In this document: piece by piece, positions 9,127 through 18,971 of the stretch
Layout: each line of letters begins with the position of its first letter
Position numbering within the stretch: the first letter of the stretch is position 1
Position numbers and translations under genes: made by a program
Assembly: GCA_943787795.1 (NCBI GenBank)
Contig: CALSNU010000001.1
Span: 1,184,001 to 1,248,000 of the forward strand
Length of the DNA stretch: 64,000 bases
Source of the DNA: an uncultured bacterium
GTDB lineage: Bacteria; Planctomycetota; UBA1135; GCA-002686595
Direction: 5' to 3'
Notes under the pieces: generated by a model
Database searches by the model: none
Seen by the model: only the letters and a program-made list of their open reading frames with translations
Told to the model about the DNA's origin: nothing

Positions 9127-10866
9127 TCACTTGCGCGCAGCGCCGAGGCTCAGGAGCGCGTAGCTCGTGGCGAGCACGGGGTTGCCTTCCCACCACCGGG
9201 GCGCGTTCCGATTCGCCCAGCTACCGTTCCCGCGATCCTGGAGCGAGAGGAGCCGGCCGGCGAGCTCGGCGCGCCAGTCGTGCTTCACGCCCTTCCCGTC
9301 CACGACCTCGTCGACGCCGTAGACGTCGAGGGCCTTCGCCATGGTGTGGAAGTAGTAGTAGAGGCCCTGGTAGGGGGCCACGGGATCGCCGCCGGGGTCG
9401 AAGCCCGGGTTGACGTCGAGGGTGTAGTTCTCGCACAGCCACTTCCAGCAGGCCTCGACCCGCGGATCGTCCTGGCTGAGGCCGGCGAAGACGAAGCTCT
9501 TGAGCAGGGCGTAGGTCATGGACCCGTAGGAGCGCGGGACCTTCGTGCCGTCCGCTAGCTGCACGAAGCCGGCCTTGGAGTCCCCCGGCGCGTAGCCCGC
9601 GCCGCCGTCGTCGCCGGACTTGATGAGGATGCCCTTGCGGGTCAGCTCGACGTCATTGGTCTCGGAGCGATTCTGGCAGCGCTCAAGGAACTTCAGGGCT
9701 CGCTGGAAGGCGGCGTCGTCCCGGGAGAGTCCAGAGGCGGCCAGCGCCTCAAGGGACATCTGGAGGTTGGAGAGGTCGGGGCGCTCGTCGCCGCCGTAAC
9801 CGATCCCGCCGTAGTACAGGTCGCCCTCGGAGTAGCCCTCGCCCTCGTCCGCCTGGAGCCCGATGAGCCAGTTGCGCGCGCGCAGCACGGGCTCGGCGTA
9901 CTTCGGTTCGGCAGCGAGCGCCATGATGGACGCCGAGGTGACGTAGTTCGCGAGGCGCCCCTGGTGGATGGAGCCGTTCGCTTTCTGGTGGGTGAGGATC
10001 CAGGCGAGGGCGTCGTCGATGGCGGCCTGGATGTCGGCGGGCCGCGGCTCGGGGACCTCGAGGAGCGCGCTGGTGACCATGGCGGTCAAGCCCGCGTCAG
10101 GCTGACCCGGCGCACCCCAGCGCGCGCCCTCTCCCGCGGCGAGGAGGAAGCGCGCCCCGCGCAGGACGGCCTCATCGATGTCGACGCGGGTCGCCGGGGA
10201 GTAGCGCGGGAGCGGGGACGGCTTGCCCGGAGCCGCGGCCGGCGGGGCGACCTGGCTGCGGATGCGCGTCAGCGCCTCGACGCCGCGGGCCGTCTCGGTG
10301 ACCCTGCCGCGCGGCCCCTCCCAGGAGCCCTCCTTCGCGCGGTCGCCGAGGAGCTTGAAGGCCAGGCGGGTCGCGCCGGCCTCGTCCTCGGGGACCTCGA
10401 TCTGCTCGAGTGAGGGGGCGTCGACGCCGTTGCTCGCGAGGTACTTCAGGGCCTTGCCGAGGGGCGCGACCGAGCGGTCGTCGATGTGCACCGAGAGCGC
10501 GGCGGCAGCGGCGCGGGTCGAGCCCAGGGCGGACCCCTCGGGCCGGTCCGCGTCCACGAAGGAGCCGTCCTCTCGCTGGAGAGAGAGGAGGTAGTCGAGG
10601 GCCTTCGAGATGAAGGGGCCGTCCGGCCGCTCGTACTTGCGCGGGCTCCTTGCCAGGGCGAAGAGGACCCACGCGGTGGCCTCGATGTCGCCGCCGTAGG
10701 CGCCGGTCTCGGGGTTCTGGGTGCTCCTCAGCCATCGGATCGAGAAGTCGATCTCGCCCTTCAGATCCGGGAGTTCGTCGGCCCTGGGGGCCTGGGCGGA
10801 GGCGAGTCCGGCGAGGGCCAGCGCGGAGAGGGCGATAGCGAGGGGGAGAGTGAGCAGTCTCAGCAT
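9127..10866 (-). CDS. Exported prenyltransferase/squalene-oxidase repeat ((alpha/alpha) barrel) protein
   Basis: signal peptide; QW-like repeats (LQREDGSF, HQKANGSI, LQDRGNGSW), PDLSN, YGSMTYA. Confidence 0.8.
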   Translation of the reverse strand: MLRLLTLPLAIALSALALAGLASAQAPRADELPDLKGEIDFSIRWLRSTQNPETGAYGGDIEATAWVLFALARSPRKYERPDGPFISKALDYLLSLQREDGSFVDADRPEGSALGSTRAAAAALSVHIDDRSVAPLGKALKYLASNGVDAPSLEQIEVPEDEAGATRLAFKLLGDRAKEGSWEGPRGRVTETARGVEALTRIRSQVAPPAAAPGKPSPLPRYSPATRVDIDEAVLRGARFLLAAGEGARWGAPGQPDAGLTAMVTSALLEVPEPRPADIQAAIDDALAWILTHQKANGSIHQGRLANYVTSASIMALAAEPKYAEPVLRARNWLIGLQADEGEGYSEGDLYYGGIGYGGDERPDLSNLQMSLEALAASGLSRDDAAFQRALKFLERCQNRSETNDVELTRKGILIKSGDDGGAGYAPGDSKAGFVQLADGTKVPRSYGSMTYALLKSFVFAGLSQDDPRVEACWKWLCENYTLDVNPGFDPGGDPVAPYQGLYYYFHTMAKALDVYGVDEVVDGKGVKHDWRAELAGRLLSLQDRGNGSWANRNAPRWWEGNPVLATSYALLSLGAARK

Positions 10867-10999
10867 GTCATCGGTAACGTAGTCGAGCCTCGCGCGCAGG
10901 TCACCCCTCCGAGGGGGTCCGGCGCAGTGCCCTGGACGACCCCCGTAACGGCGCGCAGCCAGGGAGGTTCATCCCATTGTCCACATCCCCCGTGTCCCC

Positions 11000-11665
11000 A
11001 TGGCCGATGCCCCCTTCATTCCGCTCGAGTTCCGCCGCCAAGGCGAGGACGAGATGCGTGCGCGGGCCGCGGCCTTCGCCGCGGAGGCCGATCGGCGGCG
11101 TTCTGTACGGTCCTTCTCGCCTGAGCCGGTGCCGCTTGAAGTCCTCGAGGACTGCATCCGGGCAGCAGGGACCGCGCCCTCAGGCGCCCACAAGCAGCCG
11201 TGGACCTTTGCGCTTGTCACGGACCCGGAGCTGAAGGCGAAGATCCGGGCCGCGGCCGAGGAGGAGGAGGAGGCGAACTACCGCGGTCGTATGAACGACG
11301 AGTGGCTCGCGGATCTCCAGCCCTTCGGCACGGACGCGAGCAAGCCGTTCCTCGAGATCGCCCCCGCGCTCATCATCGTCTTTCGCCACGCCTGGGAGCT
11401 GCAGGGGGACGGGAGTCAGGGGCAGAACTACTACACCCAGGAGTCCGTGGGAATCGCGAGCGGCATGCTGCTCGCCGCGCTGAACGCCGCCGGCCTCGTG
11501 ACGCTGACGCACACGCCTAGCCCCATGGGCTTCCTCGCGAAGGTGCTCGACCGCCCCGCGAACGAGCGGGCGTTCCTGCTCATCCCGGTGGGCTACCCCG
11601 CCGACGGCTGCCAGGTCCCCGCGCTCGCGCGCAAGGACCTCGACGAGATCCTCGCTCGGTACTGA
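11000..11665 (+). CDS. Nitroreductase family protein, iodotyrosine deiodinase (IYD)-like
   Basis: RRRSVR, GTAPSGAHKQPW, IRAAAEEEE..NY..RM..EW..DL, KPFLE.AP, TLTHTPSPM, PVGYP. Confidence 0.85.
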   Translation: MADAPFIPLEFRRQGEDEMRARAAAFAAEADRRRSVRSFSPEPVPLEVLEDCIRAAGTAPSGAHKQPWTFALVTDPELKAKIRAAAEEEEEANYRGRMNDEWLADLQPFGTDASKPFLEIAPALIIVFRHAWELQGDGSQGQNYYTQESVGIASGMLLAALNAAGLVTLTHTPSPMGFLAKVLDRPANERAFLLIPVGYPADGCQVPALARKDLDEILARY

Positions 11666-11719
11666 GTCCTTCCTCGGCACTGAATCCTCGCTCGGCACCG
11701 AATCCTCGCGCGCTGCTGA
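11648..11719. repeat. 18-bp degenerate tandem repeat ATCCTCGCTCGG(T/C)ACTGA x4, first copy = 3' end of the IYD-like gene
   Basis: read directly. Confidence 0.85.
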
Positions 11720-11749
11720 GCGTCCGCCAGCGGCAGGCGCCGGCGTGGC

Positions 11750-12079
11750 TCAGCCCTGGTCGGGGCGAACGACCTTGACCGCCGTGCCGTAGGCCACGAC
11801 CTCGGCGCAGTTCTTCGCGACCTCACTGGTGGCGAAGCGGAAGCCGACGACCGCGTCTGCGCCGAGGGCGAAGGCCTCGGCCTTCATGCGATCGAGCGCC
11901 TCCTCCCGCGCCTCGGCGATGACCTTGGTGTACTCGTGGACCTCACCGCCGACCAGGCCCTTGAAGGCGGCGATCAGGTTGTGGCCCCAGTGGCGCGTCC
12001 GGACGGTGGTCCCGCGGACGAGCCCGAGGCTCTCGGTGATCTCAGCGGCGGCGACCTCGGTGGTGGTCAGGATCAACAT
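11750..12079 (-). CDS. YbjQ (UPF0145) family protein
   Basis: LGLVRG, GGEVHEYT, AREEALDRM, GADAVVG.RF, AYGTAV. Confidence 0.92.
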   Translation of the reverse strand: MLILTTTEVAAAEITESLGLVRGTTVRTRHWGHNLIAAFKGLVGGEVHEYTKVIAEAREEALDRMKAEAFALGADAVVGFRFATSEVAKNCAEVVAYGTAVKVVRPDQG

Positions 12080-12080
12080 G

Positions 12081-12551
12081 TCAGCGCTGGACGTGGCGGT
12101 AGGGGTCGAGGGGGATGGCGCGCAGGCGGCGGCGGAGCACCGCGCTGAAGAGCAGCGCGAGCCCGAGCACACCGGCCCCCGCGAGGGCGCGGGCAGGGAA
12201 GGGGACCGTGTCGTCGAGGAGGAAGCTCCCGCTCGCGACGGCGGCGCCGATGAGCGCGGACGCGGTGAGCAGCACCCAGCCGGCGACGGTGCTCCCTCGA
12301 TGGGTGGGGTCTGCCTTGAGCCTCGCCCAGTCGATCTCGGCTGGTTCGGGGTGCCCCACCTGCCGCGCGAGGGCGTCGAGGGCCCGGTGCTCGGCCACGA
12401 GACGCAGGAGGGCGGGGTCGCTCTTCAGGCGCGTGGCGAAGGCCGCGGCTTCCTCGGCGCCCAGCTCGCCATCGGCAAAGGCCATGGCCATGAGCTCATC
12501 CTCGCCAGGCGGCGGCTCCTCGGGATGGCGGTTGTCCGGGTCCAGCATCAT
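12081..12551 (-). CDS. Putative anti-sigma factor (2 TM)
   Basis: follows the ECF sigma gene; LMAMAFADGEL...F...L ASD-like N-terminus; two TM helices; DPYRHVQR tail. Confidence 0.75.
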   Translation of the reverse strand: MMLDPDNRHPEEPPPGEDELMAMAFADGELGAEEAAAFATRLKSDPALLRLVAEHRALDALARQVGHPEPAEIDWARLKADPTHRGSTVAGWVLLTASALIGAAVASGSFLLDDTVPFPARALAGAGVLGLALLFSAVLRRRLRAIPLDPYRHVQR

Positions 12552-12577
12552 GGGTGGTCTTACGCGCCGAGCTGAGC

Positions 12578-13192
12578 TCAGCGCGGCGAGCGTCCTCCGT
12601 CGCTCGTTGGACTCAAGAGATCTTCGATCCTCGGTTCAAGATGTACGCGCAGTCGCTTCCGTGCGTGGAAGAGCCGCGACATGACGGTCCCCTGGGGGAT
12701 CTCCAGGGCCTCTGAGATCTCGCGGTAGGAGAGCTCCTGGTAGTGGCGAAGGACCAGGATCTCCCGGTCGGTCGCGGAGAGTCGCTCGAGGGCGACCTCG
12801 AAGTGCTCGCGGCGCTCCTCTGCGACGAACCGGTCCGAGGGGCTCGGAGCGGACTCGTCCTCCAGCTGGAGGGTGTGGCTCTCGCCGTCCGAATCGACGG
12901 CGTGTAGCGAGGTGTTGCGCGCGCGGCCGCGCTTGCGGAGGAAGCTGAAGCAGGTGTTCCTCAGGATGCGGTGGAACCAGGGCAGGAACGGCTGGTCCGG
13001 GTCATAGCTCCCCTTCGCCTTGTAGGCCTTGATGAAGGCCTCCTGCGTCATGTCGAGGGCGTCCGCATGGGAGCCGACCAGGGAGCGTGCCGACTGGATG
13101 GCGACCCCGCGGACCTTCAGGAACAGGGCCTCGAACGCCTCTTCGTCACCCGAGCGGGCGGCGGTCATGAGTTGTGTGGCCTCGCAGTGCAT
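12578..13192 (-). CDS. ECF RNA polymerase sigma factor
   Basis: GDEEAFEAL, DALDMTQEAFIKAY, WFHRILRN, LSYREISEALEIPQGTVMSRLFHARK; start uncertain. Confidence 0.93.
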   Translation of the reverse strand: MHCEATQLMTAARSGDEEAFEALFLKVRGVAIQSARSLVGSHADALDMTQEAFIKAYKAKGSYDPDQPFLPWFHRILRNTCFSFLRKRGRARNTSLHAVDSDGESHTLQLEDESAPSPSDRFVAEERREHFEVALERLSATDREILVLRHYQELSYREISEALEIPQGTVMSRLFHARKRLRVHLEPRIEDLLSPTSDGGRSPR

Positions 13193-13358
13193 CGTCGAAC
13201 GGCTGTACCCGGGGCTCTCGGGGTCATTCAATGAATGTGATGAAAACCCATGCCCTGCGCTCGGGGACGGGTCAGGAGCCCCCTCGGAGGGCCCTGCGGC
13301 GCCGCCAGGGAGGTCCGCCGTGGGCGACCCGTCTGCGTCGCTGGAAGGTGGCTTCGGC

Positions 13359-14726
13359 TCAGGCACGGGCTGGGGCTCCTGTGGCCCCCGGGGGCGTGGC
13401 GAGGTTGAGGGCGTGGGCCGCCGCGCGGTCAATGGCGCCCGGCGGACCGAGGCGGCGGGCGGCCCCCTCGAGGCCCTCGGAGGCGCGCGCGCGGGTCTCG
13501 GGATCCAGGAAGGCGTCTCGAACCTGGGCTCCCACTAGCCCGACGGGGCCCTCTCCGCGGAAGCCGTGCTCGGGGAGCACCTCGCTGCCGGCGAGCAGGT
13601 TGGTGGACGCGAAGAAGGGGGTCGTGAGCACGTGGTCATAGAGAAAAGACTCGAGCCTCTTCGAGAACCGGTAGAGCACGACCGTGGGGAGTCGATGATG
13701 GAGCACGTCCGTCAGGATGGTCCCTGACACGGCGAAGGCGGACCGGGCTCGGGCGAGCTCTCCGTGCAGGTCCCCGCTGGCGAAGGTCACCACATGGTCC
13801 CGGGCGAGCTCTCCGATCAGAGCGGCGTGTTCGTCGGTGGCCTGGAGGATCCGCACCTCGGCGTCGGGCGCGGCCTTCCGGAGCGGCTCTAGGGCGTCGA
13901 GCATCCACGGGAGATTGCGCTGGATCACGCCCCGGCGGCTCCCGGGGAGCAGCGCGAGGACCCGTGACCGCTCATCGGGTCGGGTCACGGGGGTCTCCGC
14001 GAGATGGTCGAGGAGGGGGTGGCCGATGTGGCGGGTGTGGACCTCGTGCCTCGAGTACCAGGCGGGCTCGTGGGGGAGAATGGTGAGGGCGAGGTCCATG
14101 GCCCTTCGGTAGCCCCGGACTCGCCAGGGGGCCCAGCCCCAGTACTGCGGCGCCACGAGGTGGCAGGTCTTGACGCCATAACGCCGGACGGCGTGGGCCA
14201 GGGGCACATTCAGAGCGGGGGAGTCCACCGGGATGAAGAGGTCCGGGCGTACCGTTCGAGCGTGCCGGGCGGTGTCCTCGATCACCCCGACGTAGTACGG
14301 CAGCGACTCGAGGACGCCGTCGAAACCTGTGTGGGCGCGGGCCACGGGGTCCGCGATGGTCGGAACATCGAGGGCGCGGATGCGCTCTCCGCCCAGCGCG
14401 GCGAACTCCGGAGCCGGGCCACCGGCGGCCTCGACGCGGGCGCGAATGGCCTGGATCAGGTTGGCGCCGTGGATCTCGCCGGAGGCCTCGGCGGCCCCGA
14501 TCAGGATGCGAAGCGGGCGATCGGTCGGGACCTCGGGTGTGGGGAGCGGGCTGAGCACCCCGGCGCCCTCGTGCACGTCCTCTCGGATCTCCGAGAGGAC
14601 ACGGCGCCGCACCGGCACGTGGGCCGCGTATCGCAGCGGCGCGAGGAGCGCCCCGCCGAGGGCGCGGCCCAGCTCGAGCCGCGCCGCCGTCCGCGGTCGG
14701 GTGCCATGTAGAGATCGATCAGCCAC
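13359..14726 (-). CDS. lpxB: Lipid-A-disaccharide synthase
   Basis: AAEASGEIHGA, VDSPALN, VAPQYWGW, ILPHE, GHPL, LLPGSR, SGT. Confidence 0.85.
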   Translation of the reverse strand: MADRSLHGTRPRTAARLELGRALGGALLAPLRYAAHVPVRRRVLSEIREDVHEGAGVLSPLPTPEVPTDRPLRILIGAAEASGEIHGANLIQAIRARVEAAGGPAPEFAALGGERIRALDVPTIADPVARAHTGFDGVLESLPYYVGVIEDTARHARTVRPDLFIPVDSPALNVPLAHAVRRYGVKTCHLVAPQYWGWAPWRVRGYRRAMDLALTILPHEPAWYSRHEVHTRHIGHPLLDHLAETPVTRPDERSRVLALLPGSRRGVIQRNLPWMLDALEPLRKAAPDAEVRILQATDEHAALIGELARDHVVTFASGDLHGELARARSAFAVSGTILTDVLHHRLPTVVLYRFSKRLESFLYDHVLTTPFFASTNLLAGSEVLPEHGFRGEGPVGLVGAQVRDAFLDPETRARASEGLEGAARRLGPPGAIDRAAAHALNLATPPGATGAPARA

Positions 14727-14767
14727 GTCGGGAGGATACGTTCGTGGTGCGTTATCCTCCCCACGGG

Positions 14768-15466
14768 ATGGCTCGACTCCTCATCTTCTTCGTCTCGGTC
14801 TTCATTCTGACGGGCTTCCTGGCGCAGCTTCCGCTGGTCGGGGCGCTGTTCCGGATCCCCTTCCTGGGCTTCTGGTTCACGGCTCTGCTGGTCTCTGCGG
14901 TGGCAGCGAAGCTCGGCACCGAGGCCGTTGATGCGGGCGCGCGGCGGCGGCTCGAGCGATCGCTGGGGGCCGTGGATACACCCCACCACAAGGGGAAGCT
15001 GGGCGCGCTGTTGCTCTCCCAGGGCAAGGCCCGTCGGGCGATCCCGCTGCTGGAGGCCGCGTCCGAGGGGGACCCCTCCTCCCTGGAGCTGCGCTATCGG
15101 TTAGGGGAGGCTCGGCTTCGCGCGGGTGGCGACCCTGAGGGCGCCCTCGAGGCGCTCGACTCGGTCCTCCAAGAGGACGAGGAGTATGCCTACGGCGGGG
15201 CGATGCTGCGGTCGGTCGAGGCGGCCCGGGCTGCGAGGCAGTGGGAGGGCGCGCTGGAGCGGGTGAAGCGGCTGGAGCGAAATCACGGCGAGACTCCGGA
15301 GAGCGCGATGCTGCGCGCGCGGATCCTGCGCGCCGCCGGCGACGTCGAGTCGGCGCGCCGAGCGTTCGATGAGGTGGTGCCCCTGGCGGCGGTCAGCGGT
15401 CGGGGGGGCGCGTCCCGAACCTGGACATGGCGGCTCAGGACGATGCTGGCGCGTAGCTTCGGCTGA
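14768..15466 (+). CDS. Membrane-anchored TPR protein
   Basis: two N-terminal TM segments followed by TPR-like helices. Confidence 0.7.
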   Translation: MARLLIFFVSVFILTGFLAQLPLVGALFRIPFLGFWFTALLVSAVAAKLGTEAVDAGARRRLERSLGAVDTPHHKGKLGALLLSQGKARRAIPLLEAASEGDPSSLELRYRLGEARLRAGGDPEGALEALDSVLQEDEEYAYGGAMLRSVEAARAARQWEGALERVKRLERNHGETPESAMLRARILRAAGDVESARRAFDEVVPLAAVSGRGGASRTWTWRLRTMLARSFG

Positions 15467-15508
15467 CCCGTCTGGAGCGTGGGGGTGCTCGTGGACGATC
15501 AAGGGTCC

Positions 15509-16984
15509 ATGCGAGCATGCCACCTGCTGATCCTCGGAGCTCTGTTGATGGCCAGCGCCTCTGGCGCTTCCTCCAGCGGCGCGACGCCGGAGCGACTCGA
15601 GAAGTACCCCGCGCTTGGCTTCGGTTTCGAGCGCTCCTCCCGGCTTGAAGCGCGGCAAGTACCGCCGGACGCGGAGGGGTTGCTGATGCTCTTCGCGACG
15701 AAGGAGGGGCCGAGTGATCGAGCGGCGCCTTGTACCCAGAGCGTGTACCGGGTGGAGAAGCCCGGGCTCGACGCGACGGGGACCCGGGCCTGGGCCCAGG
15801 GCGTCTTCCCGACGTCGGACCTCGACGAGGAGCGCTACGTCCGCGTTCGCTTCGGCCGCAAGCCGTTCCGCCTCTCCGGGTATCACGTGGTGGATGGGAA
15901 GAAGCGGAGCGTCTTCATCCACGCGTGGGCAGGGCCCAAGGACGCCATCGTCTTCGTGGGAGAGTGCGAGGAGTCGCTCTACCGCCGCGAGCGTCGGGCC
16001 TTTCAGCGGGCGGCGACCAGCTTCAAGTTCTTCGAGCAGGCCGAGGTGGACCAGGGTCGCAGGAAGTGGGAGGCGCGGTATCGAAAGACGGTGCTCCCAT
16101 TCGAGGAGGAGCGTATCGAGATCGGCGTCAAGCTGGCCGATGGCTGGAGCGTCACGGACACCAAGAGCGCGATGGTCTTGTTCCACGGGCCCAAGCACTC
16201 GCCCCTCCCCGTGCAGCTCTCAGGGGCCATGATGGCCGTTCGCCGCAGGCTCACGGCGGACCTCCCACCCGATCGGAAGATCTCATCGCTCGCGGTGGTT
16301 CGAATCTGCCGCGATCGCGGGGAGTACCTGACCTATGGCGGGAGCCCCACGACCGTGGGCTACTTCAACCCAGGAGTCGGAGAGCTCGTCCTCTACGACG
16401 CCCGCCAGGACTCCGAGGGTCCCATCCCGCTGGATCACCCCACGGCCAGGACGCTCTACCACGAGGTCTGCCACCAGTACCTCGACCAGGTGATGAGCGC
16501 CGCTTCGCCTCAGACCTGGTTCGGCGAGGGCCTCTCGGAGTACTACGCCGGCGCGCGTATTCGATCCGGCCGGGTCGTCGAGATCGGGCCCCTGGAGCAG
16601 CAACTCGAGTACCTACAGCGCAAGGAGGTCCGCGCTGCGCTGCCGTCGCTCGGCGAGTTGATCGGCCTCTCCAGGTCAGCCTTCTACGCCAACGCTGCAG
16701 CGTGCTATCCGTACAGCTACGCCTTCATCCGGTTCCTGCAGACCAGCAAGGAGGCTCAGTCGCGCAGGGCATGGGGCTCGTTGGTCGAGCGGTACTTCCT
16801 GGCCCTGAGGGAGAGTTGGCGCTCGGAGGTCGAGGAGCTCGCGCTCAGCGGGATCACCCAGCGCGCGTATGACGCGGCTGTGGCCCGGAGCCAGCTGAGC
16901 GCCCTCGACGCAGCCTTCGAGGGGGTGGACGTGCCGGAGCTGGAGCGAGCGTTCTGGGACTGGATCACGCGCGGAGAAGGCTGA
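15509..16984 (+). CDS. Exported DUF1570-like zincin-motif protein
   Basis: signal peptide; GYFNP, TLYHEVCHQY, WFGEGLSEYY, Y..SYAFI.FL. Confidence 0.75.
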   Translation: MRACHLLILGALLMASASGASSSGATPERLEKYPALGFGFERSSRLEARQVPPDAEGLLMLFATKEGPSDRAAPCTQSVYRVEKPGLDATGTRAWAQGVFPTSDLDEERYVRVRFGRKPFRLSGYHVVDGKKRSVFIHAWAGPKDAIVFVGECEESLYRRERRAFQRAATSFKFFEQAEVDQGRRKWEARYRKTVLPFEEERIEIGVKLADGWSVTDTKSAMVLFHGPKHSPLPVQLSGAMMAVRRRLTADLPPDRKISSLAVVRICRDRGEYLTYGGSPTTVGYFNPGVGELVLYDARQDSEGPIPLDHPTARTLYHEVCHQYLDQVMSAASPQTWFGEGLSEYYAGARIRSGRVVEIGPLEQQLEYLQRKEVRAALPSLGELIGLSRSAFYANAAACYPYSYAFIRFLQTSKEAQSRRAWGSLVERYFLALRESWRSEVEELALSGITQRAYDAAVARSQLSALDAAFEGVDVPELERAFWDWITRGEG

Positions 16985-17177
16985 GCCCCCGGATGGCCCG
17001 AGGTGCGCCCGAGCGATCGCCGGAGGAGTTCGAGCCTCCGATGGACGCCAGCACCCGGGCGGCCCCCAGGCTCGCGCCAGGGCTCAGGGCAGAGGGTCCA
17101 GCAAGGAGGGCTCAGCACAGAGGGCCCGAGACAAGGAGCTCAGAACTCCGGCCCCAGCGTTCCCTGCGCAGCGCCTT

Positions 17178-17218
17178 CTACCCGGGGCTCCCAACCCGGG
17201 GCTCCCTACCCGGGGCTT
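17178..17218. repeat. 14-bp tandem repeat C(T/A)ACCCGGGGCTCC x3
   Basis: read directly. Confidence 0.85.
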
Positions 17219-17223
17219 GGCCC

Positions 17224-17988
17224 TCAGGGCACTCGCTTGAGGAACGCACGAACAGAGAGGCCGTAGGCGGCGGCGGTGCAGGCGAGCATCGGCGCGAGCA
17301 GCGTCCAGTTCATGGCATCGTTCGTGATGATGCGCATGAACACCTTGATCTCGACCAGGCGGTAGAGGGAGTAATGGGTGACGCCCTCCACCAGGTAGAG
17401 GGCGAAGACCATGACGGAGACGAAGAGCATCACGAAGCTGATGCGCATGGGCTCGGAGCTGTGGCATGACCACAGGAAGCTGACCGCGTAGATCGCCGCC
17501 AGGAAGGCGCTCATGTGCACGGAGCAGCGCATCAGGTCCGAGATGGCCATGGTCTTGTCGAACATGCCGAGGAGCCCAGGGACCGTCAGGCTCGTCGCAA
17601 ACACCGGCCCGATCACGACGAGCAGGCCTCCAAGCCAGCGTTCGCTCACGAGCCTCAGCCGCGACACCGGGCGCGCGAGCCAGATCTCCATGGTGCCGCG
17701 GTGGGCCTCGCCGGCGACCGAGTTGGCCGCGAACAGCACCGCCGCCGCGGTTCCAAGCGCGCTGCAGCCCTTGAAGAAGTGCTGGCCCACGATGTAACCC
17801 GAGACGCCGAACTGGTCGACCTGGTCCACGAGGTCGCTGAGCATCGCGATCGGGGCCGCGATGGCCTTGATCGAGGGAATGTTCTGCTCGAAGGTCGGCC
17901 ACCAGTAGATCGCCGCGACGAGCATGATCTCCAGCACGGCGAAGAAGCCGATCCCGTAGATGATGTAGCCCCTGCTGCCCTTGAACAT
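17224..17988 (-). CDS. ABC-2 type exporter permease
   Basis: about 6 TM; AGEAHRGTMEIWLARPVSR motif; start overlaps the ATPase stop. Confidence 0.88.
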   Translation of the reverse strand: MFKGSRGYIIYGIGFFAVLEIMLVAAIYWWPTFEQNIPSIKAIAAPIAMLSDLVDQVDQFGVSGYIVGQHFFKGCSALGTAAAVLFAANSVAGEAHRGTMEIWLARPVSRLRLVSERWLGGLLVVIGPVFATSLTVPGLLGMFDKTMAISDLMRCSVHMSAFLAAIYAVSFLWSCHSSEPMRISFVMLFVSVMVFALYLVEGVTHYSLYRLVEIKVFMRIITNDAMNWTLLAPMLACTAAAYGLSVRAFLKRVP

Positions 17989-18950
17989 CAGGTGCCCTCC
18001 ACGCCGTAGAGCGTCCGGTACAGCTCGCTCAAGGAGATCCGGCCGTGCTCCACGCTGATGGGGGCGGGCAGATCGCCAGAGGCGGCGAGGCGGCCGAGAA
18101 ATGCCCTGGGGTCATCGTCAGAGAGCATGACGTTCACCCGGTCGGCGGCCTCCTCGACGGACTCGACCCCGGGACCCTCGAGGACCGTGGTGCTCGTCGG
18201 CTTCAGGGCGCCTGGGGAGAACCGGAGCCGGACGAGGCGGCCGGCGCGGCGCCGGACCTCCTCCGCGCTCTCGTCGGCGACGACGCGGCCAGCGTTCAGG
18301 AAGACGAGCCGCTGGCAGGAGCGATCCACCTCGCCCAGGTGATGGGAGGAGAGCAGGATCGTGGTCCCTCGCGCCGCGTCCGCGTCGATGAGGTCGAGGA
18401 CCTGACTCCGCTTGGCCGGGTCGAGCCCCTCGCTGATCTCGTCGAGGATCCGGACCCGGACCTCCGGCGCGATGGCCGCCGCGAAGAGGAGCTGGCGCTT
18501 CATTCCGTGGCTGTACTCGCGGATCCTGCGGTCCAGGGGGAGGCCCAGCTCTCCGGCGATGGCGCGTGCGCGCTCGAGGCTCGAGCCGGGGCGCCCGCGC
18601 ATGAGAAACCGCAGGTGCTCGCCGCCCTTCAGCTCCCCGTACAGGTGGAGCTCGCCGGGCGCGTAGGTGGTGCGCCGCCGGATCGCGAGCCCATCGCCGG
18701 TGAGGCGTACGCCATCCACGGAGATCTCTCCCCGCTGCTTCGGGACCAGGCCCGTGAGCAGGCGCATCAGCGTGCTCTTGCCGCTCCCGTTGGGACCCAG
18801 CAGGCCGACGACGCCGCCGGGAGGGATCTGGAGGTCGGTGGGGTGCAGCGCCTGGTTGGCGCCGAAGCGGTGCTCCAGCCCGCGGACCTCGACGCCGCCA
18901 GCAGTCTCCGAGGGAGGGGACGCGGCCTGGTTGGGGGCGACGGCGGACAT
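17988..18950 (-). CDS. ABC transporter ATP-binding protein
   Basis: GPNGSGKS, YSHGM, ILDE, SSH. Confidence 0.93.
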   Translation of the reverse strand: MSAVAPNQAASPPSETAGGVEVRGLEHRFGANQALHPTDLQIPPGGVVGLLGPNGSGKSTLMRLLTGLVPKQRGEISVDGVRLTGDGLAIRRRTTYAPGELHLYGELKGGEHLRFLMRGRPGSSLERARAIAGELGLPLDRRIREYSHGMKRQLLFAAAIAPEVRVRILDEISEGLDPAKRSQVLDLIDADAARGTTILLSSHHLGEVDRSCQRLVFLNAGRVVADESAEEVRRRAGRLVRLRFSPGALKPTSTTVLEGPGVESVEEAADRVNVMLSDDDPRAFLGRLAASGDLPAPISVEHGRISLSELYRTLYGVEGT

Positions 18951-18971
18951 GTGCGTGGTAGGTTACTCAGC

